Positions 43,201-58,200 of a DNA stretch of 64,000 bases are shown piece after piece. The DNA comes from Chiloscyllium plagiosum. Taxonomy: Eukaryota. The notes beneath the pieces were generated by a model. The model was not told the DNA's origin. It did no database searches and was given only the letters and a program-made list of their open reading frames with translations. The stretch spans positions 66,051,049-66,115,048 of the forward strand of contig NC_057719.1 of the NCBI RefSeq assembly GCF_004010195.1, given 5' to 3'. A program made the translations under genes and the position numbers. The stretch's first letter is position 1. Every line of letters starts with the position of its first letter.

Positions 43201-46200
43201 GCTCATTGTAAGGTATGTGGACATTCCTTGTTTCAGTCCTACTTGGGACCCTATCCTCAATTCTTTTTCGAGTCCATTGATGAAATCGTCAGCGTTGCTT
43301 CCCTCTGTCATCTGGAATTGGAAAAATCAATTTTGCTTCTAATTTCCGCCATGCCCTCACCTTCACTTGGTCCATTGCTGACTCCTCCACTCCCTTCCTT
43401 AACTTCTCTGTTTCCATTTCTGAGTATAGGCTGGCCACCAATATCCACCACAAATCCACTGACTCCCACAGATACTTGAACTAAACATCTCACACCCTGC
43501 TTCCTGTAAAGAATTCATTCCATTCTTGCAGTTTCTCTGTCTCCATCACATCTGTTCTGATGATGCCAACTTCTACAGGCACCTCAGAAATGTCCAGCCT
43601 TTTCCTCAATTGAGGGATTCCCCATCACCGTGGTTGACAAGGTCCTCAGCTGTGTCTGACCCATCTCCCTCACGTCTGGCCTCACCCCTTCTCATCTCTC
43701 CCACAGCACCAATATGGTCCACCTGATCCTTACTTATCATGCCAGCAGCTCCCCACCAAAGGATCCTAAGCCTCCATTTCCGCCATCTCCAGTGGGTTGC
43801 CACCAGCAGATACATATTCTACTCCCACCAATTGTCAAGATTCCGCAGGGAGCTCCCGAACACCTCGACCCACTCCTCCTTCACTTCCAATATCCCTCCA
43901 CAACCCAATGATACCTTCCCATGCAATTGCAGGTGGTGTAAAATCTGCCCATTTACTTCCTCCCTCCTCACTATCCAAATCCCCACACACACATCCAGGT
44001 GAAACAACAATTTACTTTCCCTTCACTCAATCTAGTCTACTGTATTCGCTGCTCACAATGTGTTCTCCTCCACATTGGGGAGATGCAATGCAGATTGGAC
44101 GATCGCTTTGCAGAACACCTACATTCTGTCCACAGAAAAAAGTCCTAGTTTCTAGTTGCCTGCCACTTCAACACACCTCCTCCATGCCATGTCGAAAGAT
44201 ATACAATAATGATCTCAGCTGGCAACTCAATTTCAGGGATCAGGGAACTGATGTTTAAAGTCCGCTATCATTGATAAAAGTAGCATCGACAGTAATGCAA
44301 AACAACCAGCTGATGCATTGATAGATATATCAGAAAATTGGTAACATGCAAAAGTTAATTTATTCTTGATGTTTAATTTTGGTTAGCTGGGTATAGAACA
44401 CAGCACTTCCAAACCAAATTATTGAGAAAGCGATGGAGGTAAGTTTTTTTTCAGTCTGACATGAAATGCACACTTTACTCAAGAGAAATGCCTTTCAATT
44501 ACTTGAGTATTTAGGTGCAAATTGAGCAGAGTCACAGTGTAATAGCAGTACTGACACAGTTTAACTGTTTAAAACCTCCCTGCAATAACTATCTATTAAC
44601 ATTACAAAGCTCCCATTAGTATCCCTTACCCTTTCTGTTAATGTTTTATATGGTCTCAGTAATGGATGAGTCTTCATATTTTCATTGATTGAATCACTGT
44701 ATGTCCACCCATTTTGTATCTGTAGAACAAGAAGCATAATTATAGGTGCTGAGCTGAAACATACTCAGACGTTAACTTGTTGTTGATAATATTCAGTTGT
44801 CACAAGCAGTCCAGTTTAGTTATCAACATCCTTTTAAAATATTACTTGTGGATCCCTACTTTACTCCAGACATTATAAATCCTCAAATTTAAATTAGCAC
44901 TCAATTCTTTTCCAGCAGCATTCTTTTCAACAGCCCTATCTTCAATGTGCATTTGCTTCTTCTGATACAACACCAGCTCTGACAGAACAAACATTCCCCA
45001 CGCCCTTAAATCCAATATAAAATCCACAAAGACTATCTCAGTACAACACAACCCTCATTAGAACTTGATATTTATTTAGCTTCCAACATCTGTTCAATCG
45101 CAGTAAGATAATAGCAAAAATGACAGAAAGGTTAATTTTATGACAGAAAAATGACCATGGATCTGGGTTTTACAGGAGATGGCAAAAAATGCCCCCTTTT
45201 GAACTAAAAGATGGAACAGGCCTGCTTTAGCCAGCAGTGGGACCAGGGGAACATGTTCCCCGTCAGATGGCAATTATCATGGCTATTGTCTGGGTTGCCA
45301 CCACCTTAAACCACTCCTTCCCTCACAACCAAAGAGCTACTAGCTCATTCTGTCTTGTTTTATTTAATCATTCATGGGATGAGTGAGTTGCTGGCTGAGC
45401 CAGTATTCATTATCCATTCCTAATTTGCCTCGAGGGCAGTAAACAGTTACCCACATTGCTGTGAGTCTCATGTAGGCCAGACCAAGTAAGGATTAGAGAC
45501 AAAAAAAAACTGCAGCTGCTGGAATGCAAGGTAGACAAGCAGGAGGCTGGAAGAACACAGCAAGCCAGGCAGCATCAGGCGGTGCAGAAGTCGAGGTTTC
45601 GGGTGTAAACCTTCTTCAGGACTTGAAGAAGAGTTACATCCAAAAGGTCGACTTCTCATCCTCCTGATGCTGCCTGGCTTGCTGCGTTCTTCCAGCCTCC
45701 TGCCTGTTTACTTTAGACCCGGTAAGGATGATAGTTTCCTTCCCTAAAGAATATTAATGAATCAGATGGGTTTTTCCAATAATTGACAATGGATTCACTG
45801 TCATCATTAGACTCTTAATTCCGGATCCTTTTTATTGAGTTCATAATCCACTATCTGACATATCAGGATTTGAACCCGGTTTCCCAGAATGTTTCCAGTG
45901 ATAATACCACAGGGCTGTTGCTTTCCCGCACTCACATTATGACAGTACCTCTAGCTGGGTAACCACAAAAAAGGGCTGTTGGTTTGGGAAGGCCAAGAAC
46001 AGGCAAAAGTATGCCCTAATAATTGACGGGCGTGGGAAGGGTGGCAGGAGTAGGGCCGAGCAGTTGGGAGGCACAGATAGCAAAGATGCAGCTGGGTCAG
46101 CCATTGCCAATGTGGGACCCCTCCCTGTAACACAGAGGGGCCAAAATGGAGGGCGACCCTCATCCCCAGAACCTGCTCGGAGGTCGTCAGGTTTCACAGA

Positions 46201-49200
46201 ATTTTCTACCCATACAAGACAGGCAGTGGGGATATAATGTCCGGAGAGATAAGTTATAGTCTTTAATTAGTCACTTAAGAGGCTGAATTGGGTTTCTGGC
46301 AGGTATTTTCTGGCTTCTGCTTTTCAGCAGTTGGCAAAATAGCATATCGCTAGGTGAATGTTTGGCACACCCTGCCTGCAATATTTTGCCAGCCTTCCCA
46401 CTTGTCAGCATTACAAAAGAGCCAATTAAATTCCAGCCCAGATTACAAATTTGGAGTTGCTGTAAACATTTTCTCAGGGATAATGGAGCAGCCAATTCCC
46501 ATTAGCATCTTCCTTCAATGCAAGTTGACTCATGAGGCGTGATACACTATTGGATGATAATATAGTCCAGGGTCACAATACAGCTCCAGTATTAGTGCCA
46601 CAATGTATATGCTTCTACAATTTCTCCAGAGATAGACTGAGCAAATACCTAGTGAACCACAACGTACTCTGAACTGATAAACTGCTTTTTTTCACAAGAA
46701 CAGCAATCACGATCAAACTCTCTTAGCGAAACTTGTGAGATCCTGAAAGGTCTTAACATGATGGACGATGAAAGGCTGTTTCCCCTGGACACAAAGGGGA
46801 ACCAGGTGACACAGTTTAAAAATAAGATCTATCCTGTTTAATATAGGGATGATTTTTTTATTAACCTCTCAGAGGTTGCGTGTGTATAGAACTCTCTTCC
46901 CTAGAGACTAATGGAGAAAGGGTCATTGAATATTCTTAAGGTAGACTAGATTCTTGACTAATAAGGGAGGTAGAAGCTATCAGGGCTAGGCAGGAACATG
47001 GAGTTGAGGCCATAATCAGCTCAGTGAGATCTTCGTGAATGGCAGTGCAGACCAAGGGTCTAAATGGCCTATATCTCTTCTTAATTCGTATGGTTGCATG
47101 CTCATTCAAAACAGCCCACTCATCCTCATGTAATAATATAAAACTAATGCTCATACCAATCTTTCCAGGTGAACCAATAGTTCAACTTGCTTGACTTAAA
47201 TCGATAGCTTCTAAATGTCTATTTTATCCTCCACCCTTTCTTAAACACTAACTACCACTACCTTTGTTCCAGTTTTATTATTGTTTCTGTTCACAGCTCA
47301 AAAGGGATCAAAGGCTTTGCCACTTAACATTGATTTGTCAATATTTCTCTGACATAACAATTTTTCACTCCCTATGTCTTTTGTTACATGTCATCTTTGA
47401 TATGTCATCTCTCCCACATTTTATACACTCTCTTCCTTTCCCTGATGTATTGCTGAGAAAAGACACATTTTGCCAAAATTTTATATCTTGTGCTCATCAG
47501 GACAATTCAGAGTCAATACCCCAGTTTAAAATTTAAAGAAGGTTGGGAATTAACTTCGCATTATTATTAACTGGTGCAATATCCTTGGAAAATGTCCATC
47601 AGAGTCCACTTATCAACCAACCAGCACACTTCTCTCACACAGTATAAAGGGTGTGAGGTATTGATCATTGCTGAGGAAAGTTACTGATTATTTGTTATTT
47701 TACACTCTTTAGAGAAAACAACCATTCACAGCGTATGAATCACCATTTAGGTACCTTTATTAAAAACATCTAAGAATATGCTTTGCTTTTAAAGTTAATG
47801 ATTAAGGAAGCTCTTTTCCAATTCTTTTGTCTAATAAAATACGCTCAAAGTTAAAAAAAATCAAACCTGATTCATTACCTTTTCAAATGCCCACTTCTCA
47901 TGTAGATGCTCTGCATATTTGTTGACAATATACTCCAACTTCTCTGGAATTGAAATACTGGAACAAATCAGAAAAACTATTTCAAAGGGTCCACTTTTAA
48001 TGTTTAAAAATGTTTCGAAACACTTTATCAACAAGTGTCTATCAAAAAACAGATTTAAAATCATTCAATAACTATTTGCAATTAAAATAGTGAAAGACTA
48101 TCAAATTTGGCTAAGAACTATTCTGCTTTGAATATTTTCTGCTTATAATTTTTTTTGCTAGTGGGATGCAAATAGAATTATGGAGATGTACAGCACAGAA
48201 GCCGACCCTTCAGTCCAACTTGCCCATGCCGACTAGATATCCTAAAGTCATGTTAGTCCCATTTGCCAGCCTTTGGCCCATATCCTTCTAGACCTTTCCT
48301 ACTCATATACCCATCCAGATACTTTTTAAATGTTGTAATCGTACCAGCCTCCACCATTATTTGGATATTCGAAACTGACTCAGCTGTCTTGAAGAGGTGT
48401 TCTGAAGCATCACAGGAGCTGAAACATTAACTCTCTATTTTCTCTCCATGGATGCTGCTGGACCTGCTGAGCTTCTCTGGTAATTTCTGTTTTCATTTCT
48501 GAATGCCAGCATTCTCAGTTCTTGGTTCTATTATAGATTCATTTTTGTTAAGCAAAGGATTATAGGTATTGCGTTCAGTTCTGGCCTCCCTGCTATAAGA
48601 AAGATGTTGTAAAATTTGTAAGTGTACAGAAAAGAGTTACAAGGATGTTGCCAGGGTTGGAGGGTTTGAGCGAAAGAGAGAGACTAAATAGGCTGGGGCT
48701 ATTTTCCATGGAGTATCAGAGGCAGAGGTTTATAAAATCATGAGGGACATGGACTGAGTGTATAGTCAAGGTCTTTTTCCCAGGTTAGAGGAGACCAAAA
48801 CTAGAGGGCATAGATTTAAGGTGAGAGGGGAAAGATTTAAAAGGGACCTAAGGGACAACCTTTTTACACAGAAGGTGTTGCGTGCATGGAATGCACTGCC
48901 CTCTAGTTTTGGTCTCCTCAAATCTGGGAAAAAGACCTTGACTATTCACCCAATCCACATACCTCATGATTCTATAAACCTCAGCCCCCAATACGCCATG
49001 GAAAATAGCCCCAGCCTTATCAGCCTCTCCCTATCGCTCAAACCCTCCAACCCTGGCAACATACTTGTAAATCTTTTCTGAACACTTCCAAGCTTCATAA
49101 CATCTTTCTTATAGAAGGAAGGCAGAACTGAACGCAGTACCTGTATACCTTTGCTTAACAAAAACCTATCTATAATAAAACCAAGAACTAAGAATGCTGG

Positions 49201-52200
49201 CATTCAGAAATGAAATCAGAAATTGTCACGGAAACTCAGTCAGTTCAGCAGCATCCATGGAGAGAAAATAGAGTCAATGTTTCAGCTTCAGTGATGCTTC
49301 AGAACACCTCTTCAAAGACCGCTGAGCCAATCTGGAATCTCCAACCAGTGGAGATAGTTTATCTTTATCTACCCTGTCTTTTCCTGTTATTACCTTGAAG
49401 ACTGTGATGTTCATGAAAAAGTTTGAACTTGCTTCCGCAGCTAAGTTTATGTTTGATATATTTTCTGACAAAATCATTGTCTTTAATTAGATACAGAATG
49501 CATTGAACAACTTGACTGATATCATGTGCATTTGAACAATTTTCAAAACTAGTATTTGAAATTCTATAGTGATTGCTTAGCAACTTCAACTGCTGCAATT
49601 TTACAGAAAAATCTGTTAATCTACTTTTACAAATAGACCAATAATAAGTGCCATACAGCATGAAGTCTATTGCCATTTTGACATTTTTTTAAATCAAGAG
49701 TCAGTTTGCATCTTGTTTTTATATTATTGCTTTCAGATAGAACTGTTTATTATTATGAAACTAACTTACACTACCAATTTTTCTTTAATATAACCATTAC
49801 CACTCATTTTGTCTTTCATTACATGCCAGCTTTGACATTTAATTTCACTCACACTCTATTTCTGCCTTTTCCTTTGTATTGCTGAGAAAAGATGTAATTT
49901 ACAGAAGCCTTCATTTTGCACTCATCAGGACACGTTAGAGCCAACTTTCCTTGTTTAAAATTTGGCAATTAACTGTCAGTTGTCATTAACTGGTGCACTC
50001 ACCACAGCAACAACTTTCTATCAATCAGAATCCACTTGTCAACCAATCAGCACTCTTCTCTTAGACTGTATTAATGTTATTTTTCCTTGACATGTTTTTT
50101 TTAAATTTCCCTGTTGAGTGCAAGATGAAAAGTTTTGACAAATCTACCTGTTCAGCAATTTTTTAGATTAGATTAGATTCCTTACATTGTGAAACAGGCC
50201 CTTCGGCCCAACCAGTCCACATCAACCTTCCAAATAGTAACCCACCCAGAACCATTTCCCTCTTAACACTAACACTAGTGGGCAATTTAGCATGGCCAAT
50301 TCACCTGACCTGCACATCTTTGGACTGTGGGAGGAAACGGGAGCACCCGGACAAAACCCACACAGACACGGTGAGAATGTGCAAATTCCACACAGACAGT
50401 CACCCGAGGCTGGAATCCAACCTGGGACCGTGGTGCTGTGAGGCCGCAGTGCTAACCACTGAGCCACCGTGCTGCCCTAAATAATTCAGTTCTGTTCTCC
50501 TACACAGCTATTTTTAGTCTTTTATTCTACTTCGTCCTCTCCCTTAATTGTGCAAATCTGTCAATTTACCAACTCTCCTCAATTCCAAGAAACATTTAAA
50601 TTCAACTCATAGCATTAAATCTGTTTCTCTCTGCATAAATAGTGTCAGACTTGCTGAGTTTTTCCAGCAGATTTTAGGGGCCAAATGGCCCACTCCTGTT
50701 CCTTTTTCTTATGGTCTTTCTGTTTTTTCTTTCAGATTTTAGCATTTATCATGTTTTGCTTTTAATACCTTACACAAACTTCACCATCCAGAGAACATAT
50801 TTAAAATAAGTTCTAAAATACCTAAACATAGTTTTCTAAATGTTTGGATCGTAACAAATCACTATGTAGTAAATAATAAAATTGTTTAGCCATAAATAGA
50901 CATTATGGGTAAAATGTTAAAGTGTGTGTCAGGATGCATAAAGCATTCAAAGTAGATAATTTTCAGCCTTCTGAAACTGTGCACTTCGCAATTTGTTAGA
51001 ATTTTGTACTTGAAATACAAATAGAAATTTCAAATTCACCTTCTGTACCCTGATAAGAGGTGGATTTTTAAAATCAGGTTGATGAATTTGAAAATTTACT
51101 AATTATCTTCTAACATGATGAGGTAAGTAGCAGCACAAAACAAGAGAAGTGAGAAATATTTCTCTAAACCTTTGTTCTGTAAAAGAATAAATAGAACATT
51201 TAAAGAAAACCATCTTTATTCATTTCAGTGCCATACTTAGAAGTGTTGATAGGTTTTGGGTCAAAGTTGCCTTCTTCATCCACTGAATTCTGCCTTTCCA
51301 GCACAACTGAAAAGCTGGAATCCACATAATCAGGTGACAGAGCCCCTCCTATAGCACTCAGGCATGGCAAAGCCATTTTGAAGAGTTCAGGGTTGTATTT
51401 CTGCCGGAAAAATTGTGACTTATTAAAGAAAAACACATTGAATTGTTCACAGTGAACAACATTTTTTTAATGGAAGTGAAAATATGCTAATACTCTATGC
51501 AACTCCAAACAAACTCAAAACAATTGATTTCCATAGCATTTATAGTGGGAATCTAATGGAAGAAGGACTAGGTACTACAAATAAAGAAAAATATATTGCA
51601 AACCAAAAGTGATTTAGATAAATGGATAAAATGATGTTTTTTTCTAAATGAATTGTTCTATACTAATCCTCATGGACCTTTGTTCCTCAACTTCGATTAT
51701 TCTAAACAGTCAAGCTGATACTAGAAAGTTAATCAATTACTAGGCAATATTTCAAATACATTTAATTTTCCAATAAAATGAGTTATTCTATCATGATGAG
51801 AATAAATAAGTGGCCAAACTGTGTCCTACATTTGGAAGAATTTAACAGTTTAGTGAAAAACAAACACCATTCTGCTTCAAGGAGTTTCAAACTGCAAATA
51901 GAAACTCAGTTTACTTTCTTGCAGAAAAGCCAATTCAGAAGAGGCACAATTAAAGTTTAATGCTGTTAAGAAGCATGGACAATATTTAAGTAGCTTTCCA
52001 GCTTCCTTTGTGAAAAACTTCTAGAACAAACTGTATATGTCACACATTTAATACATTTGAAACACAACTGATTCAAATGCTGAAGTTTAATAAAATAAGA
52101 ACAAAACTGGTATAAACTTTGGATTTTGTGGCCTGTTACTTCTACAATACAAATATTCATTGTTGTACGCAGGATTGGCAAAATTAAATTGAGAAACATA

Positions 52201-55200
52201 AGTTAAGATGTTGGAAATATAGAAAAGTCAGGAGTAACATTGGATTGAATTTTCACATAATTTGGCTTGGTGTCATTTTAATTGAATTTTATGGAGGGTT
52301 TCTCTCCACATGGTCTGGTTAGTGTCTCATAACCATCCTAAACTCTCTCATTAACTACCGAACTCACCTTATCTTTGTGGCCTGCTTGTCCAATGTTAGC
52401 CAAATTCTATACTCACCCCAACTTAATGTACCTGCTCCTGCCAAAATAGTTCAGGAAATGTCTAGGATATGGTCAGAGGAGGGTTGACTTTTTCACTCAG
52501 GATGGGTAATGGGGATCATAGCACTAAACCCTGCTTGCCCACTTTGCGATCGCCATCCAAGATGGTATCCACAGTCCAGATGAACACCCGGAAGTGCAGG
52601 AAGTAGGTCAACTTTCTTCTCCACTCCTCCCTCTAGGTTAAAAAAAGCATTCCTCTATCTGCTACCTTGCACTCACTATGTCTCTGTCGCTGCATCTAGC
52701 TCCCACCAAAGCTCATGTTCTACCATGCTCAGTGTTTCCTGAAGCATCTTCCATCAATCACTACCTCCCACCCTCCAATCTCTCATAATAGGCATAGCTG
52801 CTGCCTACTCATTCACTTGGAACACCACAACTCCTTTCACTTACCTGCACCAACACCAACAGCTGAGCCACCCACTATCATCTCACGCAATCCCTTCCCA
52901 TCTCTTGCTACAGATGAAAATGGCACACAATATTTGATATGTGAAGCGATCTTAAGATCCAAGTCCATAATGCCCTGAAAATGGATAAGGTGGTAACGAA
53001 GGCATGTGGCATGCTTGCCTTCATCAGTCGGGGCATTGAGTATAAAAGTTGATAAGTCATCTTGCAGCTGTATAAACTTTAGTCAGGCCACATTTCGAGT
53101 ACTGTATGTTCTGGCTGCCACACTATAGGATTGACCTGAAGTCTTTGGAAAAGGTGCAAAAGAAGTTTACCAGGATGTTGCCTAAATTGGTGTGTATTAG
53201 CTATAAGAGGAGGTTGGACAAACTTGGATTTTTTTAATTAGAACATTGGAGGCTGAGGGGTGACTTGACAGAAGTATTTGAAATTATGAGAGGCATGGAT
53301 TGGAAGGATAATTGGCGTCTTTTTCCCAGGGTGGAAACGTTAAATACAAGGGGACATAGGTTTAAGGCGAGGGGATAAGTTTAATGGAGAAGTGCTTGGT
53401 ACGTGTTTTTTTCCCACATAGAGGGTGGCAGGTGACTGGAATGCACTGCCAGAGGAGGTGGTAGAAGCAGATATTATAGCAATGTGCAAGAGGCATTTAG
53501 AGAGATACATGAACATGGAAAGAATAGAGAGATGCAGACAACATGCAGGCAAACTGAATTAGTTTAGAAGGGCATCATATTCAGGACAGACACGGTGGGG
53601 CATGTTCCTCTGCCGTACTGTTCTATGTACATCTGGGACTTGGTTGAAAAATGCGACTTGTTGGATTCAATGTTGAAAAAGGCCTCAATCATTCGGGTCT
53701 GGGAAAGGTCTGTCCAAGATACTGAATAATAGGTGAGAACAGCAGACAAGAACAATATTGAGAGGTTTCTGAAAGAAGAAGCAATACAATTTGAACATGC
53801 ACTGACCTTTATTGAACATTTAAAGTTTAGCTTTGCAACAACTTTAAATGTCAAGTTTCACGTTTTTGAGGAACCCAATTAGGAATACTTTTTTTATTCA
53901 AGTGCAAACATGGCACAGATTTAATTTATAATCTTGAACTTCAATTTACCTCTTTCAACCTGAAAGGTCAACAACTTATAATACAACTTAGGTAAATGTA
54001 CTGTTACCTTTGTAGAGAGTGAATCGAAAATTCCCCAGAACAATTTTTTAGTGAGATGTAGTTCTTCTTCAGATGCACTTCCATAACTTCCCCATCCTGA
54101 TGCCAAGCAATAGTATTTCCAACACTGCTCATAATGACTGGCTAGAAGCTGTAGTTGATAAAAGAAAATAATATTAATTAACTAAAACTAACACAGCAGA
54201 AAAAAACTATTTACAAAATAATCAAATTAATACTTCCAGACTGAATTCATGCAGATAAAGTGGAATAATAGAGGGACGTGTGATTTAATATAAGTTCTGC
54301 TTCTGATGAGGCAGAGTAGCCTGGTTACCATGAGAACAGAGAGCCAGAATAAGCACTAAAGAAATACACGTGTCAGCACACAAAGAACAAAGTAGCTGGT
54401 TTTGCCATGAGAAGACTTACAAACTAAAGGCAGTTTGATTCAAATACTCTGAACAGACAGAGAAGACAGAGGAAGGGAGAAGGCTGATGGAGGGGGCTAG
54501 GGTAAAGAGGCAGAGGTAGGAAAACAGCAAACACTTTGTAAACCAGTGGGGGAAAGTGTGTTCCCTGTAACCACTCATGCAGAATGCTGGAGGGAATTTA
54601 TGTTCTGGTCAAAGAGATTTAAGGACATTTGAAGATTCATCCTGATGCGACTAGAAGGAGGAATCTCCAAAGAAGTCTTTGCTGCCAGAAGTCAGTTTCA
54701 GATTGTCAGAAAACCGACGGAGACTGGATGCTATTGCTTGGCAATACAGTGATGAGATGAAGTTGGGAATATCATTGGATTGATTCCTGTAAAGGCTACA
54801 GTTATTCTGAGGCTGTGGCTATTATGTGTGCTAAATTGAACTCTAACTTATTAATATGGTCAATAAAAAATCAGTATCCTGTAGATTCTAATCTCACTTT
54901 CTGAAGCTCAATATTCAAAAAGTCAATAAAATGAATTATTGACATGTTGATACTGTTTAAAATCTAGAGCTCAGATGTTCTGAATATTTACTACTTGCTT
55001 TCTGGTGTTCTCCGAACAGGACAGTGGGGGAAATGGATTTGGGGCTGTTCTGCTAGCCCCTACCACCTTTTGCAGGTTTTCCTGATTGGAAATGAATGGT
55101 AAGTGCTGATTACTTGTATCAGTTCATATATATTAAATATTATTAAGGACTAATGCAACACCTAGCATTATTGTTTCAGTGAAATTGTGTGTTATTTCCT

Positions 55201-58200
55201 CATGTTCAGCATCATAAAGACAGTGAAGTGGGGATTTAAAATTTGAAAGGTGGCACAGCCCTTGATATAAAGCTGAAAACTTAATTTGTTTTATTATATT
55301 TTGCTCTTAACTGACAGCACCAGTTATGCTATAATTAACTATTACTAGTGATTTCACCCTTCCCTCGCCTAAAATGTGTAACCGAGATGTCCAGGAAGAC
55401 AACAAGCAGGCCATCACAAACATATAACAATGACTCTGTCATTGGATGGTTTAAATGGGGTTAGGTCAGAGGCTGCATTGTCAGTGATGCATTGAGACTT
55501 CTGAGGGATTGGGAAATCTAAACCTGTATTTCTTCAGAACACTTTGCAAATGAGTAGGCATCAGTATCAAAATATCAAGATGTATTGGTATTTTTCTTAC
55601 ACCGATGAGCTATTCTAACATTATTGCTATCAGTTTTGAATGGACATCCTTTATATAATACATGGGCATGTGATTCAATATGTCTTCCTTTTGTTGCTTT
55701 TCAATCAAATATTAACCATATTCACGTTCATAATTTATCAATACAAGATTGCTTTTTGCAAATACCTTTAAAGGCATTTTACAGTACTCATTAAGAATGG
55801 GAACATCGAACACAAAGCGACGCAGGAGTGGTTGCAACATTGAAGGCTGTAGGTGCCTGAGGAACAATGGAAAATTACATAGTTACAGAGAAATAAATGT
55901 AAATATAGATTCTTTTGATATATCATTCACATATTAACCTGAATAGACAAGTTGGTATCTCATATTGCAAAAGATTTACAAGGGTGTTGCCAGGATTGTG
56001 TGGGGAGGGTGAACTAGAGAGAGAGGGTGAATAGACTGGGTCCTTTTTCCCTGGAACATCAGATGTTGAGGGGAGATCTTATCGAGGCTTTTAAAATCAT
56101 GTGGGGCATAAATAGGGTGAATAGTCAAGGTCTTTCTCCTCAGGTGGTGGGACAGTTTCTCCTTAGGGGGCACAGTTTTAAGGTGAGAGGGTGAAGATTT
56201 AAAAAGGATCCAAGGGGTAATATCTTTCATTCAGAGGATGATGCATCTATAGAACAAGCTGGTCAAGGCCGGGACAATTACTACAACATTTAAAAGGCAA
56301 CTGGATGGGTATATGAATAGAAAGGGTTTAGAAGGATATGTGCTAAATGTTGGCAAATAGGACTAGATTGGATTGGGACGTTAAGTTCAGCACGGACAAA
56401 TTAGACCTAAGGGTCTGTTTCCATGTTGTATAACTCTATGGCTAACTATAGCTTGCAAGCAGTCAAATACATGTCATCGTCCCAACATAAATTTAGATGG
56501 GAAGAGAACATTACCAACTCACAATTTCCCAGTATGTAGGTACAGCTCAAGGGATATATGACAGCACTTGTTAGTTTTCTTGACTATGTTGATGCATAGC
56601 TTCAAAGACATAGAGGAGCAAATATCGACAAAGTAAATCCCTAATGGTCTGGTTGCTTTTCATTAACTAATGTTGTCTCTTAGCCCTTCTTCTTTATCTA
56701 CACAAAAACCATTTGGTATTATCATCTGCAGGCATGGTCTTGGCCTCTTGACTGTCAAAGTGCTTGCCTGACATCCAGGATTGGATAAAATCATAGAAAC
56801 GCACAGCATGGAAGCAAACCATGTGACTGTCTACCTTGTGATGACTCTTTAAAAGAACAGTCCTGTGCTTTTTCCCACATCCTATAACTTAAATGCAACT
56901 CTGCAAGTTTCTCAGTAAGTGCCTATTCAATTCCCTTTTAAAAATAATTATGGAAACAGCTTCCATTAATTTTTCAGGTAGAGCATTCCAGATGATGCTA
57001 ACTCCTGAGTTAAAAACAATATTCATATCATGCTTCTACATCTTTTTAAATTTATGATCTCTCGTTATTGATCCATTTGTCAATGGAATCAGTTTTTTTC
57101 TGCTTGACAAAATCTTTCATCACCCTGAAAATCAGGTCATTTCTCTCTCTCAAGGTTAGGGACAATAACCTGGTGTTGTGTGATTTTTAACTTTGTACAC
57201 CCCAGTCCAACACCGGCATCTCCAACCAAGTTTAGAGATGACTTGAAAGAGATTCTCGAGACGGGACTGCGACTTCATGTATGTATTAGAACACAAGATA
57301 TATTCCTTGCTACATCAGAAACTCTGTCAGGTTGCAACAGCTCTAGTCTCCTTCCTAACTCCTAACAGAGGTTGAACCAGACCCTATATATTCTCTTCAT
57401 CTCCTTATACCCTGTAACATGACTCAGATTGCATGTTTTAACCCATTTGCAGCTGAAACACTCAACCATGCATTTGCCACTTCCAGCCTCTGCTAATATG
57501 TTCACCTGACCAGCTAGTTATTCTCTAACCTCTGTAAGACTTAACTCTACTGTCCATGACCCTTTCTGCACCAAATCCTGCTTGCTCATCACCCTTTTAA
57601 AGTGTCTCCCAGTTTCCCAAAGCTCCATGTTGAAAATTCTGATCTCAATATTGAAACGTTGAAAGCCATGTCTTTCACTATGTCTGCAACTTCGTTCAGC
57701 CCTAAAAATCACTGCCACTCCTTCATCAAAGTCTCTCTTCCTCCCTTAGTTGAATAGTCTTCAATTCCCTTGGATCCAGGGTCTGAAAGTCCTTTACCTA
57801 ACCTATCTCTCCTCCTTTATCACCTTCAAGTATACCTTGTTTATCAAGCTTCTGATTATTAAAAACTGTCGTGTTTCAGTTTTATTTTAAGACCAACCTG
57901 TGTCTAAATGAACCTCCTTGAATCAGTTCAACTCACTTGCTTACATTTTTATTGTTATCAGTGATCAACCAAAAAGAGATGTCACTAAACATTACTATAT
58001 TGCATTGGTGTTCCTTTGTCCCATATACAGTCTGAATTCAGATACAGTCTGGAAGTAAATAGAGGTTCTAGATTTGATACATGTATGTGCATGGTTTCAA
58101 ATTTGGATGAAGAGGTCTGGTGGGTTATAATAGTCCAATCACGTCACAATAATCTTGACATAATGCATGTTTCTAATTTGTAAAATCAGCCAGCAGGAAG

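Noticed and set aside
43797..44258. 153-aa Pro/Ser-rich ORF
   Set aside because: Off-frame reading of the decayed Penelope element.
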